From a virus: a stretch of 62,651 nucleotides of DNA. Under the pieces are notes generated by a model. It worked only from the letters and a program-made list of their open reading frames with translations, did not search any database and had not been told where the DNA came from. Position 1 is the first letter of the stretch; every line of letters begins with the position of its first letter. Location of the stretch: IMG/VR virus record IMGVR_UViG_3300014202_000736; one strand, written 5' to 3'. Below, piece after piece: positions 54,924 to 62,371 of this stretch. Made by a program: the position numbers and the translations under genes.

Positions 54924-55093
54924 AGATCCAAATCGTATTGCCACTCTACAAAGAGTGCGTAGGCAGCTGGCGCTACCAGGCTGAGGACAAGGACGCCGTG
55001 ATCCAATCGGTCTACATTCGGAAGTCGGCCTTCAAGCAAGGCGAGCCTCCACCGAAGAGCATCCTTATCACGGTCAACGGGGTGGAGGCCTGA
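54920..55093 (+). CDS. Hypothetical protein (57 aa)
   Basis: Read manually. The start has an ATGA overlap. Confidence 0.4.
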   Translation: MKIQIVLPLYKECVGSWRYQAEDKDAVIQSVYIRKSAFKQGEPPPKSILITVNGVEA

Positions 55094-55094
55094 G

Positions 55095-56114
55095 ATGGCC
55101 AACCGACAAGTGGTCCTCAGCCCGTTCTACCCGATCTCGGACAAGCTCGACACCAGCCATCGAGCCGGCTGGGCCAGGTACTGGGCCAATGAGCTTAAGG
55201 CCGAGATCTTCACCACCGGTTCCATGGGCCAGATCGCCACCCTCAAAAAGGGCGACGAGATCCTGATGTACCACGGTATGGAGTTCAAAGGCCAGCTGAA
55301 CCTCCAGTCTGGCCTCACGGATGAGATCCTGGGCCGCGTCAAGCTCGTGCTGGATGCGAAGAAGCGGGGAGTGGTGTTCGGATCACTCGACGTGCCAGGG
55401 CCTCGTTACGGGCGGCTTCTGGCGGACCGTGGCATGGATCCTGACTCGGCTGAGGCGCTGGACAAGGTCGGCACGAACACGCCGTTCCTCGGGGCGCCGA
55501 ACAAGGGCAAGCTGGTGGTGATCGGTGACAGCCACGCCCTGAGCCTCTATCGGCCAGGTTCCACCATCAGCCGATCCGACGGCCTGACCCTCCACGGCGC
55601 ATTGAAGACTGGCCTCAGCCAGCACATGCAGAACTTCGTCTTTGAAGCCGACGCTGGCTTGGCCAAGGCCGACGTGCTGACGTTCTACTTCGGCAACATT
55701 GACATTCGCCACCATCTCGGACGTCAACCAGATCCGAAGGCGTCGATCAAAGAGCTGGTTGACGAGTACGGTCAACAGCTCGCCATGGTTGTCAAGGACT
55801 TCCGACCGAAGGTGCTCGAGGTAGTGATGCCGCTGCCAATCGAGGACGAGAGTCGCCCCATTCCGAAGTCTGGCTGGTACAAGGGCGCACCGTTCTTTGG
55901 CCCGTGGAGCGTGCGTCACCAGATGCGGCTCGAGCTGCGTGATCGGCTGAGACGGATGTGCAAAAAGTACGGGTTCGCGTCGTACGAGCATCCGAGACAC
56001 TTCGTCGGCCGAGATGGCAAGCTGCCGTTCGAGGTGATGGAGAAGCCTCGGTCGGTGCACGTCAGGCCGGCGGAGTATCGGCTGGTGCAGGAAGGCCAGG
56101 CGTGGAATGGCTGA
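55095..56114 (+). CDS. Two-domain protein of unknown function whose C-terminal half has SGNH-hydrolase-like blocks
   Basis: VVIGDSHA resembles GDS block I and FYFGNIDIRHH resembles GxND block III. The evidence is weak. Confidence 0.45.
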   Translation: MANRQVVLSPFYPISDKLDTSHRAGWARYWANELKAEIFTTGSMGQIATLKKGDEILMYHGMEFKGQLNLQSGLTDEILGRVKLVLDAKKRGVVFGSLDVPGPRYGRLLADRGMDPDSAEALDKVGTNTPFLGAPNKGKLVVIGDSHALSLYRPGSTISRSDGLTLHGALKTGLSQHMQNFVFEADAGLAKADVLTFYFGNIDIRHHLGRQPDPKASIKELVDEYGQQLAMVVKDFRPKVLEVVMPLPIEDESRPIPKSGWYKGAPFFGPWSVRHQMRLELRDRLRRMCKKYGFASYEHPRHFVGRDGKLPFEVMEKPRSVHVRPAEYRLVQEGQAWNG

Positions 56115-56340
56115 ATATCAAGATGAGCTGACTCCTCTGAACGACGTTCTCGAACCTCAGCACCAACTCCTACCGGTAACTCGAGGTCGAGAGTCAGAGT
56201 CCTGGGTCGACTCTGCAATAATTTCAGCTGCCATCAGCCTGAAGCGCATTGCCGACATGCTCGAGGCTGTCGTTGACCACAATCGAGACGAGCCGATGGG
56301 GCCGGCGATCCGCACTCAACGACCCGGGGACGAGCGGTGA
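56107..56340 (+). CDS. Hypothetical protein (77 aa)
   Basis: ORF overlapping the upstream stop. Confidence 0.4.
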   Translation: MAEYQDELTPLNDVLEPQHQLLPVTRGRESESWVDSAIISAAISLKRIADMLEAVVDHNRDEPMGPAIRTQRPGDER

Positions 56341-56627
56341 CGGGTGTGAACCGCAATCGCTATGGACGTGCCATTAGCCAACCCATCGGTCCCTGGCCCG
56401 GGTTCGAAGCCGAGGACGAAACTTGGGAGACGGTAGATCCCTCCCATCCTGAGTTACTTCCTCCTCCAGGTCAGTTGGTCGAAGTATTTTGGGTCGTTGC
56501 CAATCTTGAGTACAACACTCTTCGGATCTCGTACGGGAAGTGCTCCATGGTCGGAGACCGCAAGTGGCTGAACGAAGATGGCCAACAGGTGGTCTTCAAC
56601 CCTAAGTTTTGGAGGCCGATCCCATGA
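56337..56627 (+). CDS. Hypothetical protein (96 aa)
   Basis: GTG start overlapping the upstream stop. Confidence 0.45.
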   Translation: MTGVNRNRYGRAISQPIGPWPGFEAEDETWETVDPSHPELLPPPGQLVEVFWVVANLEYNTLRISYGKCSMVGDRKWLNEDGQQVVFNPKFWRPIP

Positions 56628-57811
56628 CGAGAACAGTGAAGCGAGGGTCGATCAAGCTCGAGGAGAACGTGACACCTCCGTCGGCTCTGGAACTCAAGAT
56701 CGGAAAGATCACGCTCGCCGTCAACGAGCCAATCGTTGCAGACCCCAAAGCCTTCGAAAAGAAGGTCAAGGCTGGCTTCAGAGCTTTTGCCATCGCCCAC
56801 GATCGTGGGCTCAGGCCAACGCCCTACTTCTTTGAGGCGATCGACTACGTGCGCAAAGCCAAGATCTTACAGGCTGCAAGCCTGGAGAACGGAGGTCTCG
56901 GCGCCGAGAAGGTGCCGAAGGTCGGAGACCCGTTGATGGAGACCATCCCGATCTACAACACAGTCCAACGTCGCTACGCCGGCTTCTCCAACGTGCTCGA
57001 GCAACTGTGGTACGGCAGCCGAGCTCCGAAGGTGCAAGCCAACAAGGCTCGAGGGTTCTATGACCCGAAACTGAAAGCGTGGAAAGGCATCTCTAAGATC
57101 TTACCTCGCGAGTGGCTCTATCTGTGCCTTGCCCATCGCATCACGGGGTCTGGAGCGTCGTTCGAGTGGGACCACGGCTGGCGCAATAATCGGATCTACG
57201 AGATTGCCTACTTAGACAAGATGAGTGAGATGTCCCATCGGTTGTCTACGTACGATGGGCCGATCTTCACTAGCATCGGCAACCAGATCCCACCATTTCC
57301 AAAGTGCGGAGGCAGAGAATATCTCGACTATCTTGCACCTCAGCTCGTGCTCAAGACATATAAGTGGCTGTCGTGGCGCGCCACCCAAAGCGGGCCTGCG
57401 CCCATTAAGCAAGTCGTAGATAAGGTGCTCGAGTTTCACACTGAGCTCGGCTGCAAGCAGTTCAAGTTCGTGCTGACGGCCTGGGTCATGGACATCGCCG
57501 AGTACATGCCTCACCTGGTCGACCCCAACTCCGACTGCTACCACGGCAAGAACGCCATCGAAGCGGTGGACATCTGCTTCTACAACACGACGATGACGCG
57601 CCAGCAGAAGCTCGATGCCGCCACCAGGCTCTTTGCCGACGTCAGCGGTACTCAGCCCATGGACGTAGAAGACGCCAGCCCTGGCTGTGACCTGGTCCGA
57701 TGGATTGAGAATTACGTGCCGAAGAAGGGGTTCGATCACGTGCACGAGAACGAGATTTTCAACGGCTCGAGCTTGACGTGGTCTCATGGACGTCAACCGC
57801 CGCCATTTTAG
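56624..57811 (+). CDS. Large orphan protein (395 aa), candidate DNA/nucleotide base-modifying enzyme (aGPT-Pplase-like is hypothesis only)
   Basis: Motif-like islands are LAHRITGSGASFEWDHGWRNN, GNQIPPFPKCGG and FVLTAWVMDIAEY. The assignment rests on genomic context only. Confidence 0.5.
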   Translation: MTRTVKRGSIKLEENVTPPSALELKIGKITLAVNEPIVADPKAFEKKVKAGFRAFAIAHDRGLRPTPYFFEAIDYVRKAKILQAASLENGGLGAEKVPKVGDPLMETIPIYNTVQRRYAGFSNVLEQLWYGSRAPKVQANKARGFYDPKLKAWKGISKILPREWLYLCLAHRITGSGASFEWDHGWRNNRIYEIAYLDKMSEMSHRLSTYDGPIFTSIGNQIPPFPKCGGREYLDYLAPQLVLKTYKWLSWRATQSGPAPIKQVVDKVLEFHTELGCKQFKFVLTAWVMDIAEYMPHLVDPNSDCYHGKNAIEAVDICFYNTTMTRQQKLDAATRLFADVSGTQPMDVEDASPGCDLVRWIENYVPKKGFDHVHENEIFNGSSLTWSHGRQPPPF

Positions 57812-57820
57812 CTGTGTACA
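57803..57820 (+). promoter_or_regulatory. Degenerate conserved box CCATTTTAGCTGTGTACA
   Basis: It spans the stop of the upstream gene and lies 48 nt upstream of ATG 57868. Confidence 0.35.
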
Positions 57821-57867
57821 GGCTCATGTTCGCATAGTAGCCAAGGATCTTGCTGAAGGGGATCAGA

Positions 57868-58059
57868 ATGAACCTGAACTTCAATGCCGCTGAGAATGAG
57901 CTTCTGCTCACGCAGACCGCCATGGTCCGAGCATCAGATAATCGGCTTGGCGCCGGCGTAGTGCTAAACCCGTCGGGCAAGACCCTTTGCTCGTGCGACG
58001 AGGACGAGCAGGCCCATCTGATCGCGAAGCTCTTCAACAATGGGCTCAAGATCCCATGA
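57868..58059 (+). CDS. Hypothetical protein (63 aa)
   Basis: ORF preceded by gctgaaggggatcaga. Confidence 0.45.
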   Translation: MNLNFNAAENELLLTQTAMVRASDNRLGAGVVLNPSGKTLCSCDEDEQAHLIAKLFNNGLKIP

Positions 58060-58322
58060 CCGAGCTTCCTGAGGCCGACAAGTACATGGAGGCGGTTTTC
58101 CTCCAGAAGATTAGAGCCAAGGCCAAACGTACGTTCGGCTGTGGGCTGAGCGTCACCGTTGACGAGGTCGAGGAGATCTTTTGGTCTCAAAACCCTGAGC
58201 TGCTTGAGTCGCTTGAGCCTCGAGGCCAACTCGATGAAGCGAAACAGATGTTTCGTGACCGGTTCCTTGAGAGTCTCACGATCAATGTAGAGGAAAACGG
58301 CATCAAGGTGGTCCGAGCATGA
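58056..58322 (+). CDS. Hypothetical protein (88 aa)
   Basis: ATGA overlap. Confidence 0.45.
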   Translation: MTELPEADKYMEAVFLQKIRAKAKRTFGCGLSVTVDEVEEIFWSQNPELLESLEPRGQLDEAKQMFRDRFLESLTINVEENGIKVVRA

Positions 58323-58558
58323 AAGATCCATTCGACCGCTTCACCGACTGGCTTCGTCGACAGACGGACAAGACGGTTGACGACCCACCTGTCCACGGCT
58401 GGTTGATCCAATACTTCTTCGGTTTGTTCGGCCTCTTCATCATGGTGACGGCGGAGCCTGAAGATCCTAGGTTCATGATTGGCATGATGTGCTTCGGCAC
58501 GTACTCCATCATCCGAACCATACGTGTGATCGAGAAGGAACGTCGAGATGGCGCATAA
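58319..58558 (+). CDS. Membrane protein with two TM helices (79 aa)
   Basis: The TM helices are WLIQYFFGLFGLFIMV and FMIGMMCFGTYSII. Confidence 0.5.
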   Translation: MKDPFDRFTDWLRRQTDKTVDDPPVHGWLIQYFFGLFGLFIMVTAEPEDPRFMIGMMCFGTYSIIRTIRVIEKERRDGA

Positions 58559-59513
58559 CAACCACACCACCGACTCGACCATCCGAGAGTTCGTCAAGGA
58601 CGGTGTGACGCCTGAGTCATTGGTCCGCATGGCTGAAGGCTGGGTCGACCCGTTCCCAGAGCCGGTGGTCGAAAAGGTTCGAACGACGAACACCGTGGCT
58701 GACCAGAACCGGAACGGAGTGATTGGAAAAACTGTGTTCGTCGTGCGTGACGACCTGCCTGAAATGGGCAGCAAGGGCAGGTTCGGCAGCCTGCTGGTGC
58801 AGCGGATCAAGGATGACACGATCGTCTACGTCGCACCACGCGTAGGCTGGGCCGCCATCAGTCTGGCTAAGCTGTGCAACATGTATGACAAGCGCCTGAT
58901 CCTCTTCGCGCCGGCGTGCAAGGAGCCGAGTGACCACCAACGAGTGGCCATGGAGCTCGGAGCTGACATGAGGTTCTACCGGGTGGCGGCGATGCCGAAC
59001 CTGCAGCGTGAGGCTGAGGCGTTCGCCAAAAAGCACGGCTACTTCTTTGCTCCCCTCGGGCTTCGTCACCCGCTGGTCACGGCGGCAATCGTAGCTACAG
59101 TCAAGAAGATCATGGCCAAGCGTCGAGTGCCGTTGACTGGCAAGGAACGGCGTCAGATGTGGTGTGCCATGTCCACCGGTGTGCTGAGCCGTGGGCTTCA
59201 GATTGCTTTGCCGAACTGGGACCATCACGGCGTCGCCGTGGCTCGCAACATTCACTCCGGTGAGCGTGGCCATGCCGAGATCCACAGTCACCCGTACGCA
59301 TTCACTCAGAATGAGATGCCGGCGCTTCGGCCTCCGTTCCCATCGGCGTCGAACTATGACGCCAAGGTGTGGCGCTACATCTGCGATGAAGGCGAAGACG
59401 GATGCTGGTTCTGGAACGTCGCGGGCGAGATCCTGCCGACGAAGCCGTTGCCACCGAGGTGGTCCAAGTCCGACGTGCCATACAACGATCGCTCAGCGTT
59501 CAGGAGGAAGTAG
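58548..59513 (+). CDS. PLP-dependent fold-type II enzyme (ACC-deaminase / D-cysteine-desulfhydrase-like)
   Basis: VFVVRDDLPEMGSKGRFGSLL resembles KRDDLxxxxGGNKxRKL, with a candidate PLP lysine. Size is 321 aa. Confidence 0.6.
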   Translation: MAHNNHTTDSTIREFVKDGVTPESLVRMAEGWVDPFPEPVVEKVRTTNTVADQNRNGVIGKTVFVVRDDLPEMGSKGRFGSLLVQRIKDDTIVYVAPRVGWAAISLAKLCNMYDKRLILFAPACKEPSDHQRVAMELGADMRFYRVAAMPNLQREAEAFAKKHGYFFAPLGLRHPLVTAAIVATVKKIMAKRRVPLTGKERRQMWCAMSTGVLSRGLQIALPNWDHHGVAVARNIHSGERGHAEIHSHPYAFTQNEMPALRPPFPSASNYDAKVWRYICDEGEDGCWFWNVAGEILPTKPLPPRWSKSDVPYNDRSAFRRK

Positions 59514-60445
59514 TGCTGCAACCATTGACCATCTTTGAAGGCCCTGATTGCTCAGGCAAATCGACCGCGGCAAATGAATTCTGGCAGCTCGCTCGAACGA
59601 GCCAGAAGCGGATCCACCACGGGCCGTATCCGGGCATCAAGAAGATGCTGCCTCGGCTGTACGTGGAGACAATGCTGCCGATGCTCGATGGTGGCGCTGG
59701 TCAAGTCTGGGATCGGGCCTGGTACTCTGAGCCGATTTACGGCGCCTCGTTCCGGAACGGCGAAGACCGGGTCGGCTCAGTTGCTTCACGCCACCTGGAA
59801 CGCTTCGCTCTTCGTCACGGTGCCGTCGTTGTGCTCTGTCTGCCGCCGTGGGACACAGTCCGTGAAAGTTGGCTCAAGCGCAAGGGCGAGGAGTACCTCG
59901 ACAAGGTCGAGCAGCTCGAGAAGGTCTACAACGACTACTCCGACCTTCGTCGGTGGTGCGGTCTGCCCGTGGTGCTGTACGACTACGAACGTCACTCGAT
60001 TGACCAGATGTCTGAGGCCGTCGAACGGGCCAGGCTCGGCATCTTCAAGGAACCGAAGATCCACGCCGGCGGCAACCCGAACGCCAAAGTCGTCTTGGTC
60101 GGCGACAGGTGCAGCGACCTCAAGGACGAAGACTGCAACTGGCGCCTGCCGTTTGCCAGCTTCTCTGGCGGCGGCTCGAGTTCGTGGTTGACCAGAAAGT
60201 TGATGGATCTCAAAGTTCGAGAAGACCAGCTTCTCTGGGTCAACGCTAGCGATCGCCTCGAGTGGCTCGACGAGCGCCACAATGAGCTTGTCATCGCACT
60301 CGGTCAAGAAGCGGCAAGGAAGCTTGTCCACCACGACATTCCTCATGTGGAGGTAGAGCACCCGCAATACTTCAAGCGTTTTCGTGAGGGCGACGAAGCC
60401 GCCGTCTACGAACTTTTTGAAATCTTGGAAGGATTGAACCCATGA
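59513..60445 (+). CDS. Fusion protein with an N-terminal thymidylate-kinase-like P-loop dNMP kinase and a C-terminal UDG-superfamily (family-4-like) domain
   Basis: Kinase: FEGPDCSGKST and VWDRAWYSEPIYG. UDG-like: KVVLVGDRCSDLKDEDCNWRLPFASFSGGGSSSWLTRKL and a terminal HPQYFKR. The GTG start has an aggagga SD. Confidence 0.7.
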   Translation: MLQPLTIFEGPDCSGKSTAANEFWQLARTSQKRIHHGPYPGIKKMLPRLYVETMLPMLDGGAGQVWDRAWYSEPIYGASFRNGEDRVGSVASRHLERFALRHGAVVVLCLPPWDTVRESWLKRKGEEYLDKVEQLEKVYNDYSDLRRWCGLPVVLYDYERHSIDQMSEAVERARLGIFKEPKIHAGGNPNAKVVLVGDRCSDLKDEDCNWRLPFASFSGGGSSSWLTRKLMDLKVREDQLLWVNASDRLEWLDERHNELVIALGQEAARKLVHHDIPHVEVEHPQYFKRFREGDEAAVYELFEILEGLNP

Positions 60446-61260
60446 GCGTAGCTCTAGACCTGAACATCGAATGGAAAAAGCTTCTCGGCGACGTTGTTCG
60501 TCGTGGCCAGCTCGTTCAGCCTCGAGGGTTGAACACGAAGGAGCTGCCGCAGATGACGATGATGTTCAGCATGCTCTATCCTGTCATCACACACGCTGAG
60601 CGGAAGCTCGGCTATCGGTTCATGGCGGCCGAAGCGTGGTGGATCCTGTCAGGCCGGAATGACGTGGCGTCCATCGCGCCCTACTCGAAAGCCATCAGCG
60701 AATTCAGCGACGACGGCCAGTACTTCTTCGGCAGCTACGGCGTGCCGTTCGTGGACCAACTCGCCTATGTGGTCAACACTCTTCGAAACGACATCGACAC
60801 GCGCCAGGCCACGATGACGTTCTGGCGTCAGTGCCCGCCGAAGACGAAAGACGTGCCGTGCACCATTGCGATCGACTTCAAGATCCGCAAGGGCAGGTTG
60901 AACGCCCACGTCTTCATGCGCTCAAGCGACGTCTGGCTTGGCGTGCCGTACGACTCGTTCAACTTCACGATGATGGCCTGCCGCGTGCTCGAGCTATACA
61001 ACGACGGCCTGGCCGACGATGACCGGGTTGGCCTGGGCACCTGCTTCTTGACGGCGGCGAGCAGCCACCTGTACGAGAAGAATTGGCTCGACGCTGAGCA
61101 GGTGCTGAAGTCGGCCGTGCCGTCACCAGCCACGGTGCCCGTTCCTAAAGCTCTCTACGGCAAAAATTCAGACACGCCGGTCGACCTGATCCCGTTCCTC
61201 GACACGCTGAAGGACGAGACAAGCGACGAGTCGCCGTATCGTTGGTGGGTGCCGAGATGA
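60442..61260 (+). CDS. Thymidylate-synthase-family pyrimidine nucleotide C5-(hydroxy)methylase, dCMP-hydroxymethylase-like
   Basis: The motifs are EAWWILSG, FGSYG, DIDTRQATMTFW, catalytic PC(140)T and MRSSDVWLGVPYD(171)SFNF. Asp sits where ThyA has Asn177. Confidence 0.8.
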   Translation: MSVALDLNIEWKKLLGDVVRRGQLVQPRGLNTKELPQMTMMFSMLYPVITHAERKLGYRFMAAEAWWILSGRNDVASIAPYSKAISEFSDDGQYFFGSYGVPFVDQLAYVVNTLRNDIDTRQATMTFWRQCPPKTKDVPCTIAIDFKIRKGRLNAHVFMRSSDVWLGVPYDSFNFTMMACRVLELYNDGLADDDRVGLGTCFLTAASSHLYEKNWLDAEQVLKSAVPSPATVPVPKALYGKNSDTPVDLIPFLDTLKDETSDESPYRWWVPR

Positions 61261-61406
61261 AGAACCTGGAGTCCATCGTGATGCGGCTCCTCGTCGGCGT
61301 CATGCTCCTGTTTTTGTGCGTGGCAGTCTTGATCCACAAGGTCGAGAAGCTCGACCAGAAGATCAACCATCTTGAGATGGTCGACGTGGTGATCCCTGAT
61401 GGTTAA
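61257..61406 (+). CDS. Small membrane protein (49 aa, one TM helix)
   Basis: Read manually as MKNLESIVMRLLVGVMLLFLCVAVLI.... The start has an ATGA overlap. Confidence 0.4.
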   Translation: MKNLESIVMRLLVGVMLLFLCVAVLIHKVEKLDQKINHLEMVDVVIPDG

Positions 61407-61554
61407 GATCCTGCTCACGCTCACCATTTTCATGGCCATCGTGTCTGGCGTCACGCTCGCGTTGGCTGAGGATCCGATCACCGCTTCGATGCCGCTCTTC
61501 CTGACTGGCTGGTTCGGCGTCTTTACCTTTTGGGTCGGAAGGAGCCGCAAATGA
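61399..61554 (+). CDS. Small membrane protein (51 aa, two TM helices)
   Basis: Read manually as MVKILLTLTIFMAIVSGVTLALA...LFLTGWFGVFTFWV. The stop overlaps the next ATG. Confidence 0.4.
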   Translation: MVKILLTLTIFMAIVSGVTLALAEDPITASMPLFLTGWFGVFTFWVGRSRK

Positions 61555-62129
61555 GCTTTCGAAGCTTGGCGAAGCAACGCACTCTTAGGATCAGTCGTCA
61601 CGAGTGGGCGATCAGCCTGGCGGTCATGACCTCCAAGCGTGCCACGTGTGTGCGCCGCCAAGTCGGCTGCATCCTGGTTGACAAGGACTGGTACGTCCTT
61701 GCTACCGGGTTCAACGGTGTGCCATCAGGCTTACCCCACTGCAACGACCCAGGGAACATCAGCAAGCTTCGAGCCGTGCCATCTGACGACGGGAACGAGT
61801 TGACCAACTTCTCGTTTCCCAACGCCTGTCCAGGAGCCTTCGCCGAGAGCGGCACGAACCTGGACGGATGCCACGCCATCCACGCTGAGCAGAATGCTCT
61901 GCTTCGGTGCCGGGACCCTCGTGAGATCTTCGCATGCTATGCCACGGCCAGCCCGTGCATGACGTGCGTCAAGCTGCTGATGAACACCGGCTGCAGGCAG
62001 ATCTACTTCCTCGAACCTTATGCCCATGACGAGCCAGCCCGAGAGCTGTGGGAGTCGCTTCGGGGCAAAGGTGCGTGGATCCACCTGACGCCTGAGCTCG
62101 AGGCCCAGCTGAGGGAGCACGGTCAATGA
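61551..62129 (+). CDS. dCMP deaminase
   Basis: The zinc motifs are CHAIHAEQNAL and SPCMTCVKLL. The start follows a ggaaggag SD. Confidence 0.85.
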   Translation: MSFRSLAKQRTLRISRHEWAISLAVMTSKRATCVRRQVGCILVDKDWYVLATGFNGVPSGLPHCNDPGNISKLRAVPSDDGNELTNFSFPNACPGAFAESGTNLDGCHAIHAEQNALLRCRDPREIFACYATASPCMTCVKLLMNTGCRQIYFLEPYAHDEPARELWESLRGKGAWIHLTPELEAQLREHGQ

Positions 62130-62371
62130 GACCAGAGACGCTCGATGAAACGATCAGAGAGATCTTCGACGCCGTGTTCCATGCTGCTCAGGTAAGGATC
62201 GAGGCCAGAGGCACCAACGACGACGAAGATGACGATGGGAAGCCTATCGACCCGATCCACAGATACGCTGATGCGTTGGTCAAAGAAGCTGTCCCTCTAG
62301 CCGTCATCGGTCTGTTTCTCATCGGCTATCGAAGCGTCAAAGCCGAGATCAAGGAGTCACTTGAGTCATGA
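62126..62371 (+). CDS. Hypothetical protein with an acidic stretch and a C-terminal TM helix (81 aa)
   Basis: ORF with an ATGA overlap. Confidence 0.45.
   Translation: MRPETLDETIREIFDAVFHAAQVRIEARGTNDDEDDDGKPIDPIHRYADALVKEAVPLAVIGLFLIGYRSVKAEIKESLES

Noticed and set aside
54177-62129. 2-aminoadenine (PurZ/MazZ/DatZ) or 7-deazaguanine (DpdA/QueCDE/FolE) DNA-modification systems.
   Set aside because: There is no adenylosuccinate-synthetase-like GDEGKG protein, no HD dATPase, and no TGT-like or Que-pathway motif. The enzymes present are all of pyrimidine type.
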